64,000 bases of DNA, taken from positions 6,944 to 70,943 of the forward strand of contig CANQVE010000008.1 of NCBI GenBank assembly GCA_947627205.1, given 5' to 3'. The notes below the pieces were generated by a model. The model did no database searches. It had not been told where the DNA came from and worked only from the letters and a program-made list of their open reading frames with translations. This document shows, one piece after another, positions 37,479-47,009 of this stretch (its first letter is position 1; every line of letters begins with the position of its first letter). This stretch comes from an uncultured Clostridia bacterium (GTDB lineage: Bacteria; Bacillota; Clostridia; Oscillospirales; Ruminococcaceae). Position numbers and translations under genes: made by a program.

Positions 37479-38741
37479 CCACCAATCGCATACATAATAT
37501 TCCACATTACCGTTTATGGCGTTTACATAAATGATGTATTTCAAATCGTCATTCGTATTGTGACAGCGGAATTTCCAAACGGGAAAAGCCTTTTCAACGG
37601 AGCGGTCTGCTGCTCCTCCGGAATTTTCATTGTTTTCATCGTCTTCGCTTGCGGGATACATACCCGTATATATAAGCTCTGCTCTTGAAACCGACAATTC
37701 CATTTGCGAGGCAAGCTCTTTTTCCAATATCTTTACCGCGCCAGAAAATGAAATAACTTTGTCGTGAGAAGCCGTTTCTTTTGCGGTGTATCCGGAATAT
37801 CCTCCATGAAAACGCTCAAACTGTCCGTATTCCATCATAAATGCCTGAGGCATAAACAGATCATAATCGTGACTAAGTGCTTTTTCGCCGTACATGGATT
37901 GCCCTGCGCTGTCCGTAAATTCATAACTGTCGAATATAACGCCTTTATATGACGGAGTAAAAGTAAAATCAAAGCCGTATTTTCCGCCGCCGATGTCAAT
38001 TATTCTCACCTGATAAACTTCGGGTTTGAGATCGCCGCCCCAGCTGTAATTATATTCCGCCGTCATTTCTTTTGCCTTTTCGACTGCTTCTTTGACAGAC
38101 ACTTCTCTGTCAAGAAGAGCATATTTGTCTTCGGAATCAACGTTAAGATAGTTTTCAGCAACTTCAAAAAAGTTGGTCGGATCGTACATTGAAACGGATA
38201 TGTAGTCGGTAACGCCCGCTTGTTTTAGCAGGTCATCATGACTAAGACCGTATACGCCTGTGCCAAACAAAAATAACGTGAGATATGCCTTGTCGGTATC
38301 TACATATATCTGACCGAGTTTCTGTTCTCCGCTTTTGAGCTTGTCTATCCTGTTTTTCAAAAGCACTGTATCTTCGAGATAGTTTTCGCCGTTTTCGCCC
38401 TCATAGAGAACGCGGTATAGTGAGTCCTTATCTTCCTGCGTGTAAATATCGCCGAACTCTTTGTCAAAAATCTTGTCAAATTTATCGTAAAATTGCTGAA
38501 AATCAAAAGTTTCGGCAGTTAAAGTAAGGTCGTATACTACGTCGCTGTCGGGAATTTTTGCAACAAAATCATCACTCAAAGTGACGACTTTATATCCTGC
38601 GTTTTTAACTTCCTCTATCTGTTTATTAAGCTCATTGCGAAGATCGGATATTTTCTGGAGATCCTTTCCGCCTGTATCATCGCACCCGGGAATAAGCAGT
38701 ACTAGAACTATGCTGAGAATAATTGTTAATATTTTTTTCAT
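37464..38741 (-). CDS. Lipoprotein, paralog family member 4
   Basis: GGAGG RBS, MKKIL..LVLLIPG-C lipobox; C-terminal PVWKFRC.NTNDDLKYIIYVNAING motif. Confidence 0.8.
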   Translation of the reverse strand: MKKILTIILSIVLVLLIPGCDDTGGKDLQKISDLRNELNKQIEEVKNAGYKVVTLSDDFVAKIPDSDVVYDLTLTAETFDFQQFYDKFDKIFDKEFGDIYTQEDKDSLYRVLYEGENGENYLEDTVLLKNRIDKLKSGEQKLGQIYVDTDKAYLTLFLFGTGVYGLSHDDLLKQAGVTDYISVSMYDPTNFFEVAENYLNVDSEDKYALLDREVSVKEAVEKAKEMTAEYNYSWGGDLKPEVYQVRIIDIGGGKYGFDFTFTPSYKGVIFDSYEFTDSAGQSMYGEKALSHDYDLFMPQAFMMEYGQFERFHGGYSGYTAKETASHDKVISFSGAVKILEKELASQMELSVSRAELIYTGMYPASEDDENNENSGGAADRSVEKAFPVWKFRCHNTNDDLKYIIYVNAINGNVEYYVCDWWEARS

Positions 38742-38769
38742 ATATACCTCCAAAAGTATTTGCTTTCAA

Positions 38770-39402
38770 TTACCTTATCACCGTCAGAACTCCCTTGTCC
38801 ATTTCGCATACCGTATCACAAAGCACGTCGATATCCTCGGCGGAATGTGATGCGATAAGAATTGTTATGCCTTGTGCTTTCAAATCAAGAAGATATTGTC
38901 TCATATCTTTTACGCCGTCTTTGTCCAGACCGTTCATAGGCTCGTCGAGGATAAGCAGGTCGGGGTTTTCCATTATCGCCTGTGCAAGGCCCAGACGCTG
39001 GCGCATGCCGAGAGAATATTTGCGGACGTGACGTTTAAGGTCGGGATCAAGTCCGACTTGTTCCATTGTCTTTCGTATGTCGTCTCTTGAAATATGCCCT
39101 CGCAGATCCGCCAGCAGTTTCAGATTTTTATACCCCGAATAATACGGTATAAATCCGGGAGTTTCTATGATTATTCCGACGTTTTTCGGAAAGTCGCAGT
39201 CTTTTCCTATCCGCTTGTTATCGACAATTATCTCTCCCGTATTCGGTTTTACAAATCCGCATATACATTTCATGAGCATGGTTTTTCCGCTACCGTTTCT
39301 GCCGATAAGTCCGTGTATTTTTCCGCGCTCAAAGTGTACGTTGATGTTCTTTAAGATCGGGTTTTTCTGTAATGTCAGGTTTACATTTTTAATGTCTATC
39401 AT
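38770..39402 (-). CDS. ABC transporter ATP-binding protein
   Basis: GRNGSGKT, YSLGMRQRLGLAQA, ILDEPMNGLD, ASH. Confidence 0.92.
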   Translation of the reverse strand: MIDIKNVNLTLQKNPILKNINVHFERGKIHGLIGRNGSGKTMLMKCICGFVKPNTGEIIVDNKRIGKDCDFPKNVGIIIETPGFIPYYSGYKNLKLLADLRGHISRDDIRKTMEQVGLDPDLKRHVRKYSLGMRQRLGLAQAIMENPDLLILDEPMNGLDKDGVKDMRQYLLDLKAQGITILIASHSAEDIDVLCDTVCEMDKGVLTVIR

Positions 39403-39403
39403 A

Positions 39404-40276
39404 TCAGTGATTCTCCGTAAATTTCAATTTTTTCAAAGCTATAAAACAGCCTATTGTCAGTGCCGCTATCAATGCCCCGAAGTATAAGAAAGAAGCCCAT
39501 AAGGGGTAGATAGGATCGCTGAATATATTTGTGTAGTGATACCAGAGTATAGTGTTTGCCGCGGGAAACGCCCACCTTATTCCGCCGGAAAGATTTGCCG
39601 TTACTGTTCCGAGAGCCATTACTGCAACTGCAGCTGCAAGTCCCGCGGGACCGCCGTATAGAATTTTGACCAGATAAATTATAAGCGACAGTGCCAGCAG
39701 ATAAGCTCCGAGCAGAACGCTTGTCTGCCAGACAGCCGTAATCATCGGTATCTGGTTATAAAGATTAGGCGGAAGAAGCAGACTGTCAAAGCTGAATGCC
39801 TCATCGGGAAACCGCGCCGCATATTTTCTTACAGCCTCGCTCCATTCCGTTCCGAAATGTCCTCCCGAAAAAAGGATACTCGCTGAAAATATTACTGCGA
39901 TAAACGTCGTTATCGCCATTATCAGAAACAATATCTGCCCGCAAAGCCAGCTCTTTTTTCCCGTCCTTGATATAAAGAACATGGAGTTTCCACCGAGCCT
40001 CGGATAATCCGCCAGCAATATCAGAAAGACCAGCGGCATAAACAGCAGAAGCGCCGATGAATTTCCTACGGCAATATACGGCTCAAAAATTATCATAGTG
40101 TCGCCGAACTTGTCCGCGCGCGCCGCAAGCGGATCTATTACTAGGGTTTTTATGAATATCATCAGGACGCCGAGGATTATTATTCGGGGATCGGTTATCC
40201 AATTTACATATTCCGTCCTTGCGACGCCCCAGATCTTTCGCAGTTCATGCACCGAAATCGCCCCGCTTTCTTTCAA
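39404..40276 (-). CDS. ABC-2-type permease (true start probably ~40250)
   Basis: Multiple TM segments; DYPRLGGNSMFFISRTGKKSW motif. Confidence 0.75.
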   Translation of the reverse strand: MKESGAISVHELRKIWGVARTEYVNWITDPRIIILGVLMIFIKTLVIDPLAARADKFGDTMIIFEPYIAVGNSSALLLFMPLVFLILLADYPRLGGNSMFFISRTGKKSWLCGQILFLIMAITTFIAVIFSASILFSGGHFGTEWSEAVRKYAARFPDEAFSFDSLLLPPNLYNQIPMITAVWQTSVLLGAYLLALSLIIYLVKILYGGPAGLAAAVAVMALGTVTANLSGGIRWAFPAANTILWYHYTNIFSDPIYPLWASFLYFGALIAALTIGCFIALKKLKFTENH

Positions 40277-41081
40277 TTATCATAAACGCCGCCAACGAGA
40301 CCGCAAGAAGTATTCCGTACATTATAAATGTCTCATAGAATTTCGTCATGCTTATATCCATTAGTCCGTCGGGATTTATAAACTTTAACATCTCATTAAA
40401 GCTCTCGCCGTAATCGTTGCTCCAGCTGTCCATAGTGAGCTTGCTGAACAGCTGTGACAGAGCGTATTTAAGGAAAAAAGGTATACATATTATCAGATAT
40501 TTGCTCTGCAAAACGCTCGTAAGAAACATTGAGGGAATGCTCCAGAATATTGCAAAAATCCACATGTCAAGAACGAGAATGTAAAACTCCCCTGATATCA
40601 TTTTCACCGTTTCCGCCGCGAAAGGCTCCATTTCGGAAATGCCGGGGAAAAAGAGCATTACAATACCAGAGAATATGACATACCCCAGAGTGACCGCTGT
40701 GCCACCCGAAATAATTCCCGAAAAGAAGTTTGACAACTGCCACTTCGTTTTTGAGGAGCGCACCACCTGAAACCGCAGAGCATTTTCTTCTCTCTCTGCG
40801 CACATTTGGGGAACGAAACAAAACGCGGTTATGATCGGAACGAAAAGCGAAAACCACGAGCCTCGCGCGCCATAATACACATACATATTGCAGAACTCAT
40901 AATGGCTTTTCATTTCATCAGCTGAAAAGCTAAAGAGCGCATTTATCACGGAATACCTGTTTCCCGTTTGGGTGTCCTCGTATATCACGGAAAAGAACAG
41001 CAATGCAACCGTCGCTCCCGCGCAGAGCCAGAAATTCCATGAAGTAACTGTTTTTTTGAAAGATACTGCTATTTCACGCAT
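40245..41081 (-). CDS. ABC-2-type permease
   Basis: GAGG RBS, MREIAVSFKK; multiple TMs; AEREENALRFQVVRSSK. Confidence 0.75.
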   Translation of the reverse strand: MREIAVSFKKTVTSWNFWLCAGATVALLFFSVIYEDTQTGNRYSVINALFSFSADEMKSHYEFCNMYVYYGARGSWFSLFVPIITAFCFVPQMCAEREENALRFQVVRSSKTKWQLSNFFSGIISGGTAVTLGYVIFSGIVMLFFPGISEMEPFAAETVKMISGEFYILVLDMWIFAIFWSIPSMFLTSVLQSKYLIICIPFFLKYALSQLFSKLTMDSWSNDYGESFNEMLKFINPDGLMDISMTKFYETFIMYGILLAVSLAAFMIIERKRGDFGA

Positions 41082-41136
41082 AATGATCCCTCGTTTCTTA
41101 TCTCCTTTCATAATGCCGAAATCGGCATAAACGGTT

Positions 41137-42459
41137 TTATTCTTTAATGACACCAATGTTTTTTGACACGGAGTATTGTCTTAAATTCCCGCCGTCTTTG
41201 GCGTCGATGTAGACGAAATATGTAAGATGATCGTTCGGGTTATAGGCGGTGAGCTTCCATGCGGGAACGACTTTGGATTCGTGCGTCACAGGATTTAAAC
41301 CGCCGAGCTCGGTCGGAACATAAGACGAATAGTATACAAACTCTAAATCGTTTATTTCAAATTCAACTTCTTTTGTTAAGCCCTCGGAGAATTTTTTTAC
41401 AGCCTCGTCTGCCGAGATAACCTTATCAACGCTTTTTGCGCTTGAAATTCCAATATGCAAGGGCATTGACGAAAACATGTCTACTGTATCGCTTTCTATC
41501 ATCAGCGCGGTTGCGCCCTCGCCGAGATAGTGATTTTTCATATTGTTCTCGGAAACCGTATTTCCTATAGGACAATGCTCAAAATTGACATCTGTCAGTT
41601 GCTTTTGCAGATCAAAATAAAATCCGTATATATCGCCTATCTCCAAAACCTTTACGGAGTAAACCTTTGTGGTCATATTTTTCTCTACGCTTTTTCCTAT
41701 AGGCGCGTTGTTGATATAATCTTCAAAGAAACGCACCGCGTCGCATATCCTTGTTTCTTTGTCAAGGAGCTTGAATGACTGTTCGCTTGTGGGACTGTAT
41801 GTGCCTGCCACACGGAAATACTGATCTAAAGGAGCAACAGGCGACATACGTTCATAAACAAGTTTGTTTTTATATGCATATTCAAAGATCTTTCCATGGC
41901 AGACGCTGAAACTCGAAATATTCGGCGTAGAGGACATATTGACGGGAATTTCCGCGTCATCTCCCTCGCTGTAATTTAAACTGATTATTCCCTCTGTCTG
42001 CGAAAAGTCTTTTACAAATCCGCTTTCTACTTCTGGGTTTTCGGGAAGATCTTTATAACTTTTCAGATCTTCTAAAGGCTCTGTCCATGTATAAGAAAAA
42101 TAGTCCTCGTTAAGTTCGCTGTCGGGGAAGAAATAGGAGTATGCCTTTCTGAAATCTTCTATAGCCATTTTGGGAGTATATTCTCTCCCGACATAATCGT
42201 TGTCGGAAAACGACCTGAATTCATAGGCCTTTGCTCTTTCGGGAGCGTTTAAATAAAAGTCTTCCGAGGCCTTGAAATTATCGCAGGCGTCTATAGCGCT
42301 TTTTATCTCGTCTTTCGGCTTGTTCAATATTTCGATTTCCTTTCCGCCCATTTCTTCTAAAGATATGTTTTTAAGTTCGCCTATCGGCGTAGACTGGTCG
42401 CACCCCGACATAAGCACCGCGCAAGCTAATACCGCTAAAATTGTTGTTTTTGTTTTCAT
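41137..42459 (-). CDS. Lipoprotein, paralog family member 3
   Basis: MKTKTTILAVLACAVLMSG-C lipobox; C-terminal PAWKLTAYNPNDHLTYFVYIDAKDG. Confidence 0.8.
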   Translation of the reverse strand: MKTKTTILAVLACAVLMSGCDQSTPIGELKNISLEEMGGKEIEILNKPKDEIKSAIDACDNFKASEDFYLNAPERAKAYEFRSFSDNDYVGREYTPKMAIEDFRKAYSYFFPDSELNEDYFSYTWTEPLEDLKSYKDLPENPEVESGFVKDFSQTEGIISLNYSEGDDAEIPVNMSSTPNISSFSVCHGKIFEYAYKNKLVYERMSPVAPLDQYFRVAGTYSPTSEQSFKLLDKETRICDAVRFFEDYINNAPIGKSVEKNMTTKVYSVKVLEIGDIYGFYFDLQKQLTDVNFEHCPIGNTVSENNMKNHYLGEGATALMIESDTVDMFSSMPLHIGISSAKSVDKVISADEAVKKFSEGLTKEVEFEINDLEFVYYSSYVPTELGGLNPVTHESKVVPAWKLTAYNPNDHLTYFVYIDAKDGGNLRQYSVSKNIGVIKE

Positions 42460-42553
42460 AATGATTTTTCCTTTCGTGTTTAAAATTGTTGATAGAGTTG
42501 TAGTTTGCATAGTGTAAAATTAAATGACATCGCCCGTTATAGCAATAACTTTC

Positions 42554-43852
42554 TCATCTCCCTCCGTTAAATTCTCCCGTAAGAGCATTCACATAGGCTA
42601 CATATCTAACGCCGTCGTTGGTGTTTTCTAAGGTCAGCTTCCACGCGGGGTGTGCTTGTGTAAAGTTTTCGCCGATCTGCCCCCAATATATTTTTTTGTT
42701 ATCTCTGTACAAAAGCTCAGCCCTTGTCACTTCAAAGTCTACATAGTCCGTCAGTTTTTCGGAGATGGTCTTTACCGCTTTTTCAAACGGAATGAAGTCC
42801 GTGTGCTTTTTTTCGTCAAAAGCCTTATATGCATTATAAGTCGAATATGCTCCCTCAACGTCGTCCGTAACGACCATACACCCTACAGACATATCTCTGT
42901 CCATACCGTCTACATCAGTGCCGTCATAGACATAACTAAACGGGATATTGTCAAACGATCTTGAAGTTATAAACTGAAATACGCAATGATCGTCGGTTTC
43001 CGAAATTTGATAGACATAAACTTCATTTACATGTATACCAAACCCCGAATGTTCTGCGGCGGTCGGGATAGATACGATATAATCTTCAAAAAACTTTACT
43101 GCTTCTTTTATTGATATTTCTTTGTCGTCAAGCATTTTAAATTTTTCTTCGCTGTCTGGAGGAAAGCTCCCTACAAATTCGGTCGCATGGTTCGTTATGA
43201 ACGCGCAAATATTACTTGATGCAAAATAAGTTGTTTCGCCGTTCTTTTGAGCAGAATATTTTTCGAGAACGCCTTTGTTAAAAGCGCAATAATCGTTTCC
43301 GAACGGGCTTCGATAGTACAAAGAAACGCTTTCCTCGCGTTCGGCATAATCCTCTTTATAAACCATAAACGTCAAACCGTCGTGGACATATCCGCCCGAC
43401 ATATAGGTGTCATATACCTCTTTGTTGCTGAGTGGGAAATAACCATCATCTACAGCCAAGGTTTTATCAACATCTTCATAATTGTTAAAATAATAAAGGC
43501 AATTTTCATCTAGTTCATGGTTGGGGAAAAGGTATTTAAAAACGGTTTTAAATTCTTCAAGTTCTTCTTTCGGCTGGAGCTGATAAGAAGTGCCTGTGAC
43601 AAATTCGCTCACATGGTCTATGGTTTTAGGAACTAAAGTATAAAAGAAATCATCGCTTACTTTAAGGTTGCTGTTTTGTTCTATCATTTCTTTTACTTCT
43701 TCTTTTGTATAATAGGTTATAGGATTTTCATGTTTATCTATAGGATCGCCAAAATTGAGGTCGGGGTTTGACGAATTGTTGTCATTATTTTCACAGGCTG
43801 AACATAATGTAATTACGGTAATCGATAAGAATAGTGCCGCTAATTTTTTCAT
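42554..43852 (-). CDS. Lipoprotein, paralog family member 2
   Basis: AAGGAGG RBS; MKKLAALF..TLCSA-C lipobox; C-terminal PAWKLTLENTNDGVRYVAYVNALTG. Confidence 0.82.
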   Translation of the reverse strand: MKKLAALFLSITVITLCSACENNDNNSSNPDLNFGDPIDKHENPITYYTKEEVKEMIEQNSNLKVSDDFFYTLVPKTIDHVSEFVTGTSYQLQPKEELEEFKTVFKYLFPNHELDENCLYYFNNYEDVDKTLAVDDGYFPLSNKEVYDTYMSGGYVHDGLTFMVYKEDYAEREESVSLYYRSPFGNDYCAFNKGVLEKYSAQKNGETTYFASSNICAFITNHATEFVGSFPPDSEEKFKMLDDKEISIKEAVKFFEDYIVSIPTAAEHSGFGIHVNEVYVYQISETDDHCVFQFITSRSFDNIPFSYVYDGTDVDGMDRDMSVGCMVVTDDVEGAYSTYNAYKAFDEKKHTDFIPFEKAVKTISEKLTDYVDFEVTRAELLYRDNKKIYWGQIGENFTQAHPAWKLTLENTNDGVRYVAYVNALTGEFNGGR

Positions 43853-43902
43853 GGTAGTTACCTCCTTAAATTTTTTCGGCATTTTATGACAATTTTAATT
43901 TC

Positions 43903-45210
43903 TTATCTCCCTCCGCTGAATTCTCCCGTCAGAGCGTTTAAATAGGCTACATACGTTATATCGTCGTTCGGATTTTCAAGAGTCAGTTTCCATGCGGGAT
44001 AAGCTCGTGTATAGGTTTCTCCTATCTTATGCTCGCCTACAAATTCGCCCCATCTGTACAAAAGCTCGGCTTTTGTTACTTCAAAGTCTACATAGTCCGT
44101 CAGTTTTTCGGAGATTGTTTTTACTGCTTTTTCAAACGGAATGAAGTCCGTGTGCTTTTTTTCATCAAAAGCCTTATATGCATTATAAGTCGAATATGCT
44201 CCCTCAACGTCGTCCGTAACTACCATACATCCATTAGCCATATCTCTGTTTCCGCCGTCAACATCAGTGCCGTCAATATAAGTAAATGGTATATTGTCGA
44301 ACGATCTGGAAGTAGTATAATCAAATCCATAATAATCGTCGTCTTCCGAGAGCTTATAGACATAGACGTCATTTACATGGATATCAAATCCCGAATGTTC
44401 TGCGGCGGTCGGGATAGATTCTATATAACTTTCAAAAAACTTTACCGCGTCTTTTATTGAAATTTCTTTGCCGTCAAGCATTTTGAATTTTTCTTCGCTG
44501 TCGGGAGGATAGTGTCCGACATATTCTGCCGCATAGGAGCGAACACTAATACTCGATGCTGCACGATAAGTTTGTTCGCCGTTCTTTTGTGCAATATATT
44601 TTTCAAGAACGCCTTTGTTAAAATTGCAATAATCGTTTCCGAACGGGCTGCGATATGACAAAGCAACGCTTTCCTCGTGCGGAAACTTCATCTCATCATA
44701 AACCAGAAATGTAAGACCGTCATAAATATATTCACCCGCCAAGTATGCATTTAATATATCGCTGTTGTTTAGCGGGCGTCCAAATACCATCTGATCAATC
44801 AGCTCTTCATCAGTAGCGCTGTCATCATATTCATCAAAAGGATAGTAATAATATAAACATCTTTCGTCTAATTCGTGGTTGGGGAACAGATAGTTATAAA
44901 TGGTTTTAAATTCTTCGAGTTCTTCTTTCGGCTCGAGATCAAAGGAAGTGCAGGTGACAAATTCGCTCACATGGTCTATAGTTTTTGGAACTAAAGTATA
45001 AAAGAAATCATCGCTTACTTTGAGGTTGCCGTTTTGTTCTATCATTTCTTTTACTTCTTCTTTTGTATAATAAGTTATAGGATTTTCATGTTTATCTATG
45101 GGATCGCCAAAATTGAGGTCGGGGTTTGACGAATTGTTGTCATTATTTTCACAGGCAGAGCATAATGTAAGTACGGCGATTGACAAAAATAGTGCCGCTA
45201 ATTTTTTCAT
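43903..45210 (-). CDS. Lipoprotein, paralog family member 1 (close tandem duplicate of 42554-43852)
   Basis: Near-identical leader, N-terminus and long internal blocks to member 2. Confidence 0.82.
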   Translation of the reverse strand: MKKLAALFLSIAVLTLCSACENNDNNSSNPDLNFGDPIDKHENPITYYTKEEVKEMIEQNGNLKVSDDFFYTLVPKTIDHVSEFVTCTSFDLEPKEELEEFKTIYNYLFPNHELDERCLYYYYPFDEYDDSATDEELIDQMVFGRPLNNSDILNAYLAGEYIYDGLTFLVYDEMKFPHEESVALSYRSPFGNDYCNFNKGVLEKYIAQKNGEQTYRAASSISVRSYAAEYVGHYPPDSEEKFKMLDGKEISIKDAVKFFESYIESIPTAAEHSGFDIHVNDVYVYKLSEDDDYYGFDYTTSRSFDNIPFTYIDGTDVDGGNRDMANGCMVVTDDVEGAYSTYNAYKAFDEKKHTDFIPFEKAVKTISEKLTDYVDFEVTKAELLYRWGEFVGEHKIGETYTRAYPAWKLTLENPNDDITYVAYLNALTGEFSGGR

Positions 45211-45423
45211 GGTAATTACCTCCTTAAATTTCTTTGGCATTTTATGCCGATTTTACTTAGTCGCTGTAAATGGTAAACTCTTCTGTTTTACCTGTGCCGT
45301 CGGTCAGCGAGAAAAACCATTTTTATCACCTCCGTTTTAAAAATTTTTTTCAGAGGATTATTTAGTCCTCTATAATATAAGACCTTTAAAAAAAATAGTT
45401 TTATACCATAACTATTATATTTT

Positions 45424-46161
45424 TTATTCGGTTTCTGAAAGTTTGGCACTTTTAGCTAAATTTAAAGTAGTGTTTTTGTCAAAATAGCAAAATAATTCTA
45501 ATATGTAATCTCCGTCGTCCCATAGAATGTCAGTGAAATGATCATTTTCAATAATTGCTTCAAGCAATAATCCTCTGTGTCCGTTTATATCGACCTCGAC
45601 CAACTTGCCTTGATCCGTGTTTAAATGAATAACACCACAGGTTTTTTTAATGCGCTGGTCGAACCAAATATGTTGATTTGTTTCATGATTTATGTATTCG
45701 GTACCTACACCGAATACATCTTCTTTTTCGTCTCTGATTTCAAATCCCTCGGGAATATCGGTCAAAACGTATTTTTTCTCTATAGTCTCGGGAGCGTTAT
45801 TTATGTTTTTGGGGCGAATTTCGGTGTGGTCGGGATATTCCCTGCCGGTAAAATCAGTAAATATAACGTCGGGTTTTAAAAAACAACCCGATATTAAGGC
45901 TAGAAAAATCAAGATAGTTATGATAAGTATTAGTTTTGCAGAAATATGTTTCCTCTTGGGAAGCGCGGGCGCATAGGAAAGGGCAGTTTCGGCGCGGTCT
46001 TTCTTACGAAGAGCGGCGGCGTTGCGCTCATAGACTTTGAAGATCTTTTTCATTTTGAGGCGGTGTTTATAGGAGAATTTGTGGTCGGTAGTTTCGGGAT
46101 AGGAATTAAACTCGCGCTCGGCATATTCTTCTATTATAGATTTAAAAATGCTTTCAGACAT
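45424..46161 (-). CDS. DUF4367-type membrane anti-sigma factor
   Basis: HKFSYKHRLKMKKIF, TM, extracellular LTDIPEGF...VDINGHRG...ILWDDGDYILEL...TTLNLAKS; overlaps ECF sigma. Confidence 0.75.
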   Translation of the reverse strand: MSESIFKSIIEEYAEREFNSYPETTDHKFSYKHRLKMKKIFKVYERNAAALRKKDRAETALSYAPALPKRKHISAKLILIITILIFLALISGCFLKPDVIFTDFTGREYPDHTEIRPKNINNAPETIEKKYVLTDIPEGFEIRDEKEDVFGVGTEYINHETNQHIWFDQRIKKTCGVIHLNTDQGKLVEVDINGHRGLLLEAIIENDHFTDILWDDGDYILELFCYFDKNTTLNLAKSAKLSETE

Positions 46162-46708
46162 CGTCGCTGCTCCTTTCTAAAATAAATTTCTTGACAGCCT
46201 TTCGTGCTGTATAAAGCCGTTTATAAACCGCCGATACAGAAATTTTCAACGTCTTGGCTATCTCATTTGCCGGCATTTCTGAGGAATATGACAATATCAG
46301 AACGCTCCTTTGCTTTTCGGGAAGCGTAGCGATGAAATCAATTATTTCGTCGCGGGAGATAAGAGCAAGCAAAGAATTTTCAATAATATCCTCATCATAT
46401 TGTGCAATATTGTCCTCGGTCTCTGTTTCGTCAGTGAGAGGCTTTCTTTTTTTGATAAAATCAAGACAGACATTTTTGACTGTAACATACATATAATGGA
46501 CGCGTTTTAAATTGCTTAGCGACAAAAAGACTTCGGGATCGTCGGCAATTCTCAAAAACGCCTCTTGTACAGCGTCCTCGGCGTTTTCGGGATTATTAAG
46601 AATTTTAAGGGCTATGTTGAAAAAGCGGGCTTTGTACCTTTCGTAAAACTCGGCAAATTCATTTCTTTGTTCTTCATTTTCCAGAACAGCTAAAGCGGCA
46701 GATATCAT
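46154..46708 (-). CDS. ECF sigma-70 factor
   Basis: AEDAVQEAFLRIA; LPEKQRSVLILSY..EIAKTLKISVSAVYKRLYTARK. Confidence 0.88.
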   Translation of the reverse strand: MISAALAVLENEEQRNEFAEFYERYKARFFNIALKILNNPENAEDAVQEAFLRIADDPEVFLSLSNLKRVHYMYVTVKNVCLDFIKKRKPLTDETETEDNIAQYDEDIIENSLLALISRDEIIDFIATLPEKQRSVLILSYSSEMPANEIAKTLKISVSAVYKRLYTARKAVKKFILERSSDDV

Positions 46709-47009
46709 TTTTACCTATCCTTGTTTTTCACTGTGTTTTTTTTATTATATCACTAATATATGTAAATTGCAATATAATTTTGTAACAAGGCGTGCTTTAG
46801 TGAACAATAAAGCCCTTTTGCTTTTATAAAATGCCGTGTCATGTCGATATCCCGCAGGGGGCGGGGTTTAGTATAAGTCTACAAAAAACGGAGCAATTTG
46901 GTTTTAAATTTTGTTTGTTCATACATTGACGGGAAAATACAAAATAATATATAATAACATTATGGCTTTAAATGCGGCATTGCCGCGCGTTATCAAGAAA
47001 GGAAATAAT

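Noticed and set aside
42554-45210. Diversity-generating retroelement (TR/VR) explanation for the lipoprotein paralogs
   Set aside because: Both copies are full ORFs, differences include indels and all base types rather than adenine-specific changes, and no reverse transcriptase is present
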